In this document: piece by piece, positions 14,354 to 25,830 of the stretch | Layout: each line of letters begins with the position of its first letter | How positions within the stretch are numbered: the stretch's first letter is position 1 | From: the human T2T-CHM13v2.0 reference genome, Homo sapiens | DNA length: 64,000 bases | NCBI RefSeq assembly: GCF_009914755.1 | Contig: NC_060928.1 | Direction: 5' to 3' (one strand) | Notes under the pieces: model-generated | The model's input: only the letters and a program-made list of their open reading frames with translations | What the model was told of the DNA's origin: nothing | Database searches by the model: none | Position numbers and translations under genes: made by a program

Positions 14354-15236
14354 GTTTAAAAACCCAAGTATTTGTGGTTACCTAATGGCCCTCTAGGAAG
14401 CTGCAAAGATGATTTAAGAGTAAAAGACATCATGAAGTTTTCATTTTTCTCACTTTTCTGAACTTAGGGTTTGATCTTGGGAAGGCAAAATCAGTCTATG
14501 AGCTGAGACTAGTCACTTGATTATTATAGTCACATAGATCAGCAGTCCCCAACCTTTTTGACACAGGGGACCGGTTTTGTGGAAGACAATTTTTCCATGG
14601 ATAGCATGGGGCAGGGGGTGGGGTGGGGGATAGTTTCAGGATGATTCAAGTGCATTACATTTACTGTGCAGTTTATTTCTATTATTATTGCATTGTAATA
14701 TATAATAAAATAAATATACAACTTACCATAATGTAGAACCAGTGGGAACCCTGAGCTTGTTTTCATGCAACTAGATGGTCCCATTTAGGGATGACAGGAG
14801 AGAGTGACACCTGAAATGTGTTGTTTATGTCCAGTCTACTCTGTAATCTCATTTTGGTTGCTGTCACTGCAGAAAACTCTATTTCACAAAGATGGCATGA
14901 TGGAAATGGAAGCAGGCTTTTCATTGCTTTTGTGACAACCTCAGGATATTTCGCCGTGACTTTAGTCCAGAACGTATGGAGATTTGAAGTCAGATCAAAC
15001 ATACTTTTAAGGCCACGGTCATTTGCCATCTCCAGCAGCTGATCCTCTTCCAGCATGGACAAAGTCGATTCCCCTGGCTTATCCACAAATGGGTGGCAGA
15101 TCCTTTCCTTCCCAGTTCAGGGGTCTTTTGTGATTGGGAAGTAATGCTCAAAGTCTTTTGAAATCCGAGATAGGTGATCATGCACCAGCTGGGAGAAAGA
15201 AGGCCCTGGCTCAGTCTCTTTCCAAATTTCTGCTAA

Positions 15237-15595
<359 letters not shown>

Positions 15596-16600
15596 TAGTT
15601 TGGCTTTGAATGCAGCCACTTTACCTTACAACTTGAAGTTGTTGTTCTGTCTTGGAGTGACAGATTGAGTTCATTAAGCAGGCTGAATATGTCACAAAAG
15701 TAATCAAGTTTTGTGACCCATTCTGTGGCACTAAAATGTGCTGCCAGTGGTGACTTTTTTCTAAATGCCTGCAGCGGCTCTTGTAACTCAAAAACTCTGG
15801 CCAGTGATCTACTTTTAGAAAGCCATCTCACTTCTGTGTATAAGAGAAGACTTGTGTGCTCTGTGTCCATCTCCTCACAGAGCTGTGTGAACGGATGTGA
15901 GTTAAGGGTATGTATTTTAATGTGGTTGATAATTTTATCAACATCCTGCAAAATGTTGTTAAGTTCAGGTGACAGTTTTTGACTAGCCAGCATTTCTGTA
16001 TGGATGACACAGTGTCTTCTGAATGTGACACACTCACATTCGGAGTGACATCTTTGACCCAAGTAGTGAAATCAGAAAGCTATTCAGTCATGGCAGCCAC
16101 TCCATCCATACATATGCTGGCACAAAATGACCAATGCAGTTTTCCCGATATGTAATCATTCAAAGACTTTAATAGTTCTGCAGCCATGGTGTTGGTTGGC
16201 AACAAAAGTGCATACAACATATCTTCATGCACATCCTCTTGAAAAACATGGCATTGTCCCCTGTTGTCAATATCTCTGGAGTCATCAACCTGGATTGTGT
16301 ACCACAGTGACTCATTAATCCTCTCTAAAATTGTGACGCAATATCGTCTGCTATTTTATCATTTCGTCTAGTTATGGTGCTAGCCAAAAGAAGAACATGT
16401 GCCGCCTTTTGAACTGCAGCCTCTCCTAAAAGTTCACAGCAAATATCCTTAGAGCAGGCAGGGTCAACTCTTCACCAATAGTAAAGGGCTTCTTAGCTTT
16501 AGCAATGCAGTTAGCCACTAATGAAGCTCTCAGTGGAGACACATTTGATGACGTGGTGGCCTTCGAAAATTGCTTCTGTTCATGTTCACATTGTTTTCTT

Positions 16601-16863
<263 letters not shown>

Positions 16864-17581
16864 TTCACATTGCTTTCTTTTTTAAAAAAACTCCAAAGAC
16901 TTGTCTTTTAATGCTTGGTCTCCATGTCACGAAGCAGTTTTTAAGGTTACCGGTTACGTGGCTTCGTTGGATAGCCAGTCACCACATATTATACAAAGTG
17001 GGCTCAGAGAATGTCAATACCCTGTTGCAATGAGCTTGTAATTTAAGTCAGACTCTTGGTATTTTCTTTTAAATGCAGCTTTCTTTCTGTTGGCAGTCTT
17101 AGAGCCTTCTGCTGTCACATCACTCGGTCTTTCCCCCTTTTCAAAGAACCTTTCCAGTGACGTTTGTTTTTCACTCATTTTGGCTAGGGTTAGCCTGTGG
17201 GTTTACCAAAACTGTGCCTGAGACAAGTATGCAGTGCAGGAAAGAGGCAAGGACCAAAGTGGTAAATAAAATAATGGGAAGGCCATGCATGGACTAAAAT
17301 AAGTTTCAGAGTCTGACTTAAAGCCTGCCACCAGATGCAGCTTGTCCCTTGCCACTCACTGATAGGGTTTTGGTATGAGTCTGCATGCAATTGATTTATT
17401 ATGGTCTCTGTGCAGCCAAATCTCTCTGCCAATGTTAATCTGTATTTGCAGCCACTCCCCAGCACCAGTATCTCTGCCTCAGCTCCACTTCAGATAATCA
17501 GGCATTAGATTCTCATAGGGAGTGCGTAACCTACATCCCTCACATGTGCAGTTGACAATAAGGTTAATGCTCCTATGAGTA

Positions 17582-17865
17582 TTTTTTTTTTGAGATGGAG
17601 TCTTACTCTGTTGCCCAGGCTAGAATGTAGTGGCATGGTCTCGGGCCATTCTACCTCCTGAGTTCAAGAGATTCTCCCATCTTAACTTCCAGAGTAGCTG
17701 GATTACAGGAGTGCGCCACCACGCCTGGCTAATTTTTGTATTTTTAGTAGAGACAGGGTTTCACCATGTTGGCCAGGCTGGTCTCGAACTCCTGACCTCA
17801 GATGATTCGCCCCGCTTGGCCTTCCAAAGTGCTGAGTTTACAGGTGTGAGCCACTGCGCCCAGCC
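17582..17865 (-). mobile_element. Alu inserted in the Charlie3 subterminal region
   Basis: TSD TCCT(A/G)TGAGTATTT on both sides. Confidence 0.95.
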
Positions 17866-19117
17866 TCCTGTGAGTATTTAATACCACTGCTGATCTGACA
17901 GGAGATGGAATTGCCATTCCAGTGGTAATATGCACAGCAGGAGGCCACTCACCTTCTGAGAACAATAAATAATTGAAGCGTGGTGATCTATTCGAGTGAC
18001 AATACAATATTTAAAAATAAAATAGCCAAATGCAACAAAAGCCATTGGATATTTCTGGAAGTTTTGTATGTTTGTTATTGTTTATTTGTTTTTAAAAGTC
18101 AAGGACACAAGTCACCTAAATAATTTTCTGTGCTAAAGCACAATTAGGTGACATTAGAATCTGTCATCTGAGCACAAAAGTTAGACAGTAATCTTTACTA
18201 CCTCTTGTGAAGATAAAATAGAGTGGTTCACTCTATTATTTCATACCTGATAGTATGATGATGATCTGGAGAACTAATAAGATTATTTTTGATGTACTAG
18301 GTTTTAGAAAACAGTAATTTGTGCATTTTTTGTGAGATTTTCATAAGGAAATGGGTTTAATGTGATTTTCATTATGAAATGGTTAAAAGAAAGACTTCCA
18401 CAGACATTGACTACACTGATACCTGCCCTTCCATAATGTAGATGATGAACTTAGCTTTCAAAAACAGTTTTCGGTGATGAAAATAATGCATTCCTTCATT
18501 TGTCAAAAAAGAAACAAACAAGCAAACCAACTTACTGAGGCCCCACTTAGTGCCATTAGGTCCTTGGGATACAGCAATGTACAGGTCAGAAAGATCTCTG
18601 CTCTAAGTTTTCTTGTATTATATTAGGGGAAGGAAACTGATAATAAATACAAAAACAAACAAGATACAATTTTAGATGATAAGTTTATGTGATAGTGAGT
18701 AATTAGTTGTTTGCATAAAAAATTCTACCTTCCAAAATATCACTACAAATACTTTAGTGTTTCTCATTCTATTATGTGTATGAAAGCATATTAAATAAAT
18801 GAGATACTATTATACAGTTTTGTAACCTACTTCTTTCAATTAACAATATACAATATTGCAAGAATTTTTTTCATGTTATTATATATTCTCCCACAAAACT
18901 GTTTATTTGGCTACATGGAACGTACTACTTCGAATGAATATAATGTAATTTATTCACATTAATCACCTAGATTATCCCTTATTTTTCCTCATTATGATCA
19001 AGGATATAATGAACATCCAGGTTAATAAATCTTGTGTACATCTATAATCGTTTCTTGAGAATAAATTTCTTACATCAAAACTGTTGCCTCAAATGGTTAT
19101 TTAAATTTCAAAAATTG

Positions 19118-19417
19118 GGCCAGTCATGGTGACACATGCCTGTAATCCCAGCACTTTGGCATGCTGAGACTGGCAGATCGCATGACCCCAGGAGTTTGAG
19201 ACCAACCTGGGCAACATGGTGAAACCTGTCTCTATAAAATATACAAAAGATTAGCCAGGCATGGTGGCATGCGCCTGTAGTCCCAGCAAACCTGGGAGGC
19301 TGAGGTAGGAGGACCACCTGAGCCCAGGAGGTCGAGGTTACAGTGACCCACGATTCTGCCAATGCACACCAGCTTGGGTTGACAGAGCGAGACCCTGTCT
19401 CAAAAAAGAAAAAAAAT
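19118..19417 (+). mobile_element. Alu (AluJ-like)
   Basis: Diverged dimer; TSD TCAAAAATT. Confidence 0.9.
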
Positions 19418-19599
19418 CAAAAATTAAAACTGTGATGTACCTTTTAAAATAGTTTTCCCAAAATGCTGTATAATTTAGCCTCCCTCTGACTGTCGATAAG
19501 GTCTTTGGTTCACCTCATCCTTAATAGCACTGGATGATATCTTTTTCCTCCCGACTTTATGGGAGAAAAAAACTCATTTTCATTTTGACATCTATTATT

Positions 19600-20485
19600 T
19601 TTCTTTCTCTTTTTTTGAAGATACAATTCATGTATCATGAAATTCACCATTTTAAAGTGTTCAATTCAATGGTTTTCAGTATATTCACAAAGTTGTGTAA
19701 TAACCATCACCACTATCTAATTCCGGAACTCTTTTATAGGTCCCAAAGGAAATCCCATACTCATTAGCAGTCACTGCCCATTTCCCTCTCCTTCAGCCCT
19801 GGCAACCACTAAGCTGCTTTCTGTTTCTATGGATTTGCCTACCCTAGGCATCTCATATAAATGGAATCATATAACACCTGGCCTTTTCTGTCTTTTTCCA
19901 CTGAGCATAATGTTTCCAAGCTTCATCCATGTTGTAGCACGTATCAGTAATTCATTTCTGTTTATTGCCAAATAACATTTCATTGTATGGATATACCACA
20001 ATTGATTTATCCATTCATCATTTGATGGACATCTGGCTTGTTTCCACATTTTGGTTATTATGAATAAAGCTGCTATGAACATTTATGTACATGTTTTCAT
20101 GTGAATATATGTTTCCAATTCTCTTGGCTACATACCTAGGAGTGGAATTGCTGGGTTGTCTGGTGACTCTGTTTAATTTTAGAGTTAACTGTCAGACTGT
20201 TTTTATATTGACTACATCATTTTACCTTTCCACCAGCAATGTTTGAGGGTTCCACTTTTACCACATCTTCAACACTTATTATTTTTTGTTGTTGTTATTT
20301 CTTAATTATAGCTATCCTAGTGGGTGTAAAGTAGTATCTCATTGTTGTTTTGATTTGTATTTCTCTAATGTCTAATGATGTTGAGCCCCTTGTCATGTGT
20401 TTATTGGCTATTTGTATATTTTCTTTGGAGAAGTGTCTGTTCAAATCTTTTCCCATTTGAAAATTAGATTATTTGTTTGAATTGT
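19600..20485 (-). mobile_element. L1MB-like 3' end
   Basis: Minus-strand ORF2-tail-like MFIAALFIITKMWKQARCPSNDEWINQLWYIHTMKCYLAINRNE; classic antisense L1MB motifs. Confidence 0.85.
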
Positions 20486-20747
20486 AGGGAATACAAGTTA
20501 TTTTACTGCGTGTAGCTGCTCCCCAGGTTTCTGGATGCCATTGTTAAAAAATATCATGACTTAGATTTTATCCCCGTGCTCCTGGAATCCTCAGGTTTCT
20601 GTGACACAGAGTTCAAGTGAGAGTTCAATCATTCTAGGGACTACTCAGCACCACAGTAGCACCTACAGAGATCATCTGGAGGGAGTGATTTTGTCTCAAC
20701 AGACGGATCTTCAATGAAGATGAAACAAATCCATTTTGGAGAGAGAT

Positions 20748-21248
20748 GTTAGAGAACTGATGGCGTTCAGGACATGCTACCCAAAAATAATGGTACCTTG
20801 GCACTTAAGAAAAGAGCAGAAGCAAGAGGGTTACTTTCACTTTCCCCAGATCTTCTCTTCTGAGGCAGACCATAAGACCTTCATTCCAGAGGTGCCTTCC
20901 CTATACCTGGAGGAAACAGACATCCTTATCTCTGAAGACACACGGACAGGGAAAAGAATCTGAGCAAATAGGCCTTGCTAAGTAAGTCCCCCCAGTTTAT
21001 TACCATTAGATCACAGATTTGTCCAATCATACTTCTCCATGACTTCCACTTCTTTATCAATCCTAGCCTTAAAAATACACAGGCTTCCCTCTTAACTTTG
21101 GGTCTTAATTTCTGAAGTCTCCTGTTTTGTGTAAAACTCACATAAATAAGTTAGTATGTTTTTCTCTTGTTAATGTGTCTTTTGTTACAGGGGCTTCAGC
21201 CATAAACCTAGTAATGAATGGGGAAATTTTTTTTTTCCTCCTCTATAG
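20748..21248 (+). mobile_element. ERV1-class solo LTR (MER31/MER67-like), about 1.5 kb upstream of the FGF2 TSS
   Basis: TG start, GTTCAGGACATGCTACCCAAAAAT..GGTACCTTGGCA, CATCCTTATCTCTGAAGACAC, AATAAA near 21145, 3' TCAGCCATAAACCTAG...TTCCTCCTCTATA; family from recall. Confidence 0.7.
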
Positions 21249-21293
21249 AACATATACCAACTGCAAGAAGAAAGAAGAATATGCCTGGTTTTG

Positions 21294-21624
<331 letters not shown>

Positions 21625-22546
21625 TTAAAGCTTCAAAGAATTTACTCATTCTCCTGTATGTAACATTCTAGAAATGCATCTGGAGTTAAAGCCTTCTTGG
21701 AGACTTAAGAACAAATGCACTTATGCATGGCCTTTTGAAACCTAATGTTTCTACAAGGAGGCACGTCCATACTTGCAACTCCTTCTAGAAGCTTCCCCAA
21801 ATCTCCTGCCTCCCCACGCTGAGTTATCCGATGTCTGAAATGTCACAGCACTTAGTCTTACTCTTCTATGGCCTACTTTCTACTGCTATTTGTGTTACTC
21901 ATGCTACCCATCTTATCTCCCTCAGTGTGTGAGACGCTGGCATCAGATTTGGCATCTCCCACACACTCAACATTATGTGTTGCACACAGTAGGTACTCAA
22001 TACATGCAAGTTTTCTGAATAGATATTTTCCTAGTCATCTGTGGCACCTGCTATATCCTACTGAAAATTACCAAAATGCAATTAACTTCAATTTTACATT
22101 TGGGATTTACAGAAAATAACTCTCTCTCCAAGAAATGCATAACAATTTAGCTAGGGCAAATGCCAGGTCCGAGTTAAGACATTAATGCGCTTCGATCGCG
22201 ATAAGGATTTATCCTTATCCCCATCCTCATCTTTCTGCGTCGTCTAATTCAAGTTAGGTCAGTAAAGGAAACCTTTTCGTTTTAGCAACCCAATCTGCTC
22301 CCCTTCTCTGGCCTCTTTCTCTCCTTTTGTTGGTAGACGACTTCAGCCTCTGTCCTTTAATTTTAAAGTTTATGCCCCACTTGTACCCCTCGTCTTTTGG
22401 TGATTTAGAGATTTTCAAAGCCTGCTCTGACACAGACTCTTCCTTGGATTGCAACTTCTCTACTTTGGGGTGGAAACGGCTTCTCCGTTTTGAAACGCTA
22501 GCGGGGAAAAAATGGGGGAGAAAGTTGAGTTTAAACTTTTAAAAGT

Positions 22547-22790
22547 TGAGTCACGGCTGGTTGCGCAGCAAAAGCCCCGCAGTGTGGAGAAAGCCTAAAC
22601 GTGGTTTGGGTGGTGCGGGGGTTGGGCGGGGGTGACTTTTGGGGGATAAGGGGCGGTGGAGCCCAGGGAATGCCAAAGCCCTGCCGCGGCCTCCGACGCG
22701 CGCCCCCCGCCCCTCGCCTCTCCCCCGCCCCCGACTGAGGCCGGGCTCCCCGCCGGACTGATGTCGCGCGCTTGCGTGTTGTGGCCGAAC
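22547..22790 (+). promoter_or_regulatory. TATA-less FGF2 proximal promoter with AP-1 site and GC boxes
   Basis: TGAGTCA at 22547-22553; GGGCGG at 22624-22629 and 22651-22656; CCCCGCCC at 22723-22730; EGR-like GCGGGGGTG at 22626-22634; no TATA box seen. Confidence 0.85.
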
Positions 22791-23273
22791 CGCCGAACTC
22801 AGAGGCCGGCCCCAGAAAACCCGAGCGAGTAGGGGGCGGCGCGCAGGAGGGAGGAGAACTGGGGGCGCGGGAGGCTGGTGGGTGTGGGGGGTGGAGATGT
22901 AGAAGATGTGACGCCGCGGCCCGGCGGGTGCCAGATTAGCGGACGCGGTGCCCGCGGTTGCAACGGGATCCCGGGCGCTGCAGCTTGGGAGGCGGCTCTC
23001 CCCAGGCGGCGTCCGCGGAGACACCCATCCGTGAACCCCAGGTCCCGGGCCGCCGGCTCGCCGCGCACCAGGGGCCGGCGGACAGAAGAGCGGCCGAGCG
23101 GCTCGAGGCTGGGGGACCGCGGGCGCGGCCGCGCGCTGCCGGGCGGGAGGCTGGGGGGCCGGGGCCGGGGCCGTGCCCCGGAGCGGGTCGGAGGCCGGGG
23201 CCGGGGCCGGGGGACGGCGGCTCCCCGCGCGGCTCCAGCGGCTCGGGGATCCCGGCCGGGCCCCGCAGGGACC
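22790..23273 (+). promoter_or_regulatory. FGF2: FGF2 mRNA 5' leader (GC-rich; IRES and G-quadruplex region; start approximate)
   Basis: Matches the recalled FGF2 mRNA 5' end (CGGCCCCAGAAAACCCGAGCGAGTAGGGGG..., from 22807). Dense G-runs at 22822-22893. IRES/G-quartet activity is literature knowledge; the exact TSS cannot be read from sequence. Confidence 0.8.
22875..23273 (+). CDS. FGF2: FGF2 CUG-initiated N-terminal extensions (high-molecular-weight isoforms)
   Basis: In-frame CTG codons at 22875, 23109, 23136 and 23151 lie 133, 55, 46 and 41 codons upstream of the AUG with no intervening stop. Added to 155 aa they give 288, 210, 201 and 196 aa, the known 34/24/22.5/22-kDa isoforms. The extension is Gly/Arg rich (GRGRGR twice, PRRRPRR). 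Confidence 0.96.
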
Positions 23274-23451
23274 ATGGCAGCCGGGAGCATCACCACGCTG
23301 CCCGCCTTGCCCGAGGATGGCGGCAGCGGCGCCTTCCCGCCCGGCCACTTCAAGGACCCCAAGCGGCTGTACTGCAAAAACGGGGGCTTCTTCCTGCGCA
23401 TCCACCCCGACGGCCGAGTTGACGGGGTCCGGGAGAAGAGCGACCCTCACA
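23274..23451 (+). CDS. FGF2: FGF2 exon 1, AUG-initiated coding part (18-kDa isoform, codons 1-59 plus 1 nt)
   Basis: ACCATGG Kozak context at 23271-23277. Translation MAAGSITTLPALPEDGGSGAFPPGHFKDPKRLYCKNGGFFLRIHPDGRVDGVREKSDPH matches human FGF2. It ends CAC A|GTGAGT (phase-1 donor at 23452), consistent with the known continuation IKLQ in exon 2. Confidence 0.99.
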
Positions 23452-24059
23452 GTGAGTGCCGACCCGCTCTCTCCGCCTCATTTCCATTTCGTGGGTTCTC
23501 GCCCGCTCTCTCCCCTCCAGCCTGCACCCTCCTCCCGGATCTTCACTGCGACCCTAGCGCTCCGTGTGGTTTCTGGCCGCGCGGCCCTCGGCGGTTTCGG
23601 GTTCACCACTCACCCCCTCCTTTCCGGGCTGCGGCGTAGGCCCGGGTGTCCCCTGGGCTTTGGGGTGTGCCAATTTGCCCTGTAAACCAGTACCCCCGGC
23701 CCGGAGCCGCGGCGCGCCGGGGCCTCGCGGACTGGCTGTCTTCCCGCGGACAACCTGTCGCGTCGGGGATGCCCGCGGCCCCGCCATGCAGCTCTGGCCG
23801 CTTCTATCTGCTGCGTGCTGTCCCGGGGACAAAGACAGGAAGGACCGCAGCAGAACGAAACGGTCTTTACTGGAAAAACACCTTTCTAGAGTCCTGCCCT
23901 TAAATTCCGACTCGGGACGACCCGAGGCATATGGCACACTACTCTCACCCACTCTGTTTTATATTTTTCCGAATTGACGAAAGCTGAAAGAGCAAAAACA
24001 AAAACCAACCAGCCAACCAGCAAAAAATCCAGATGTTGTTAATAAAGTGCCATAGCTTT

Positions 24060-24220
24060 GTTTCAGTAGTGAAAAGAAGTGCAAACACTTTAATCTTCCA
24101 CCTGCAGTGACTAGCTTTGAGACCTTGAGCCGACGCTTAACCCCAGAGCCGGTTTCCTCATCGCTCACGTGGGGCTAATATATTACTACCTTGCAGCAGG
24201 CTTGAGGATGAAATGAGAAT
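24060..24220 (+). mobile_element. MIR remnant
   Basis: Degenerate core: GTGACTAGCTTTGAGACCTTGAGC...TTAACCCCAGAGCCGGTTTCCTCATC...TACCTTGCAG...GAGGATGAAATGAGA. Confidence 0.65.
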
Positions 24221-24299
24221 TGCAGTTTTGCTTTCTGTAAGAAACAATGTTTGTGGTTCTAGAAAGAACACTGGCCTAAATAAGGAGTGCTTGGACTTT

Positions 24300-24395
24300 A
24301 GGGGATTCCCTAAGTCTGGAGTGGGGGCTGAAGATTTGCATTTCTAACATGTTCCCCGGGGATGCTGATCACATCACACTTTGAGAGCCACTGGT
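24300..24395. mobile_element. MER5A fragment (hAT MITE)
   Basis: ATTTGCATTTCTAACATGTTCCCCGGGGATGCTGAT...CACACTTTGAGAGCCACTG followed by GTCTAGAG. Confidence 0.75.
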
Positions 24396-25354
24396 CTAGA
24401 GGAAAGAGAAAGAAAGGGGCATAAGATGAGCCGATTTACAACACTGATGGAATTTGAAGTGAGAGAAAGAGGACTAGAATATATTGTAACCTGTCCTCCT
24501 GTAAGTGTATGTAAACATGTGTTTTAAAAGCTGTGTGTTATGGCGTTCCTTCCTTTATGGGTTCCAGGTGGAGAATCTGATTCTCTCATTGCCTGAGAAA
24601 AGACCCACAGGGGTCCCAGCGCCACTCCCCTGTAGTTCTGCCTTTGTCTTGGGATGCTAATGGGATGTCATGAGGGGAGGTGGAGGGGGGCTGGAAGAGA
24701 AGAAAATTCTACAACCAAACGTGAATTGGCAGAAGAATGGGCAATACACTTTCATATGAGCTGAGTCTTTATTGCTTCCAAAATAGCAACCTGCAAGAGA
24801 GGCAAGTATTTAATTTTTTTCAGGCTTGCCATAATTTAAAAATTTTATCAATCACTTAATCCCGTAAAACTGAAAAGATGCTTGTAACCTATTAGATGGG
24901 TTAGTGCTAGTTCTCTATTCTGGTAACTTGAACTCATCTATTTCAAAAAATTATCTTTGTGATTGAAGTTTGTTCTGCAGTTGTCTGCTACGCCATCTCA
25001 GCTGACAAGGGCAAGGTGCTGTGTGTCCCAATTGGTTTTGTTCTTTCTAGTATCACAAATTATTTATTAAAAAGCATGTATTATGACCAGAAGACAGAAG
25101 AATTTCCCTTTAAATTAAATTAATATTTGGGGCTTCCCCTAATACTCTTTTTTTTTCAGACTCTATTAGTTGCTGAATCATTTTTTCTTTGAAGATTTTG
25201 ATACCCGATTCGCCTTAGAATAAAACTATGTAGAGGTTAGCCAGTGGACATAATTTTGAATTGCATACCACATTACCACCGTTGTAAAAACAACCGTTAA
25301 CTTTTTCTTCCTAACTGTGAGTTGGGTTTTCATTTTTGTAATCTTACTTTAACT

Positions 25355-25567
25355 CTGTGGTTCTCAAATGGGGACGATTTTGCCTCCCAGGGGACATTTG
25401 ACAATGCCTGGAGACATTTTTGGTTGCTGTAACCTGGAAGGGTGCTACTGGCATCTGGCAGGTAGAGGCCGGGGATGCTGCTGAACATCCTACAATACAC
25501 ATTATAATACCCTCAACAAAAACATTTTTGACCCCAAATGTCACTAGTACTCAGGTTGAGAACTCTG
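25355..25567. mobile_element. MER20 (hAT MITE)
   Basis: GTGGTTCTCAA...GGGGACATTTGACAATGCCTGGAGACATTTTTGGTTG...GGTAGAGGCCGGGGATGCTGCTGAACATCCTACAAT...GGTTGAGAACTCTG. Confidence 0.9.
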
Positions 25568-25646
25568 CTAACTTTATAACTAGCTAAGGACAAGACATTA
25601 AAAGGGAAATGTAGAATAACTCATCCAGACTTGTGGAGACTACCAA

Positions 25647-25830
25647 TTTTTTTAAAATTTTTTATTTCTATAGGGTTTTAGGGACCAGGTGGTAGTTGGT
25701 TACATGAGTAAGTTCTTTAGTGGTGATTTGTGAAATTTTGTTGCACCCATCACCCAAGCAGTATACACTGAATCCAGTTTGTAGTCCTGTCCCTCCCCAA
25801 CTTCCCACCCTTTCTTCCCAAGTCCCCAAA
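25647..25830 (-). mobile_element. Short 5'-truncated L1PB 3' end
   Basis: GGTTACATGAGTAAGTTCTTTAGTGGTGATTT...CACCCATCACCCAAGCAGTATACACTG; flanked by GAGACTAC on both sides (TSD). Confidence 0.85.

Larger units (their letters stand above)
22540..23930. promoter_or_regulatory. CpG island covering the FGF2 promoter, exon 1 and the start of intron 1
   Basis: Abrupt rise in GC content and CpG frequency relative to AT-rich, CpG-poor flanks. Confidence 0.95.

Noticed and set aside
22551-23450. 299-aa antisense ORF and other 130-200 aa ORFs overlapping exon 1
   Set aside because: Pro/Ala/Arg/Gly-rich shadows of a CpG island where stop codons are rare; no recognisable domain. The known antisense gene NUDT6 overlaps the FGF2 3' end, outside this window.
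23452-23639. ORF-track extension of FGF2 past the donor (SECRPALS...RAAA)
   Set aside because: Read-through into intron 1 beyond a consensus GTGAGT donor; FGF similarity stops at the junction.
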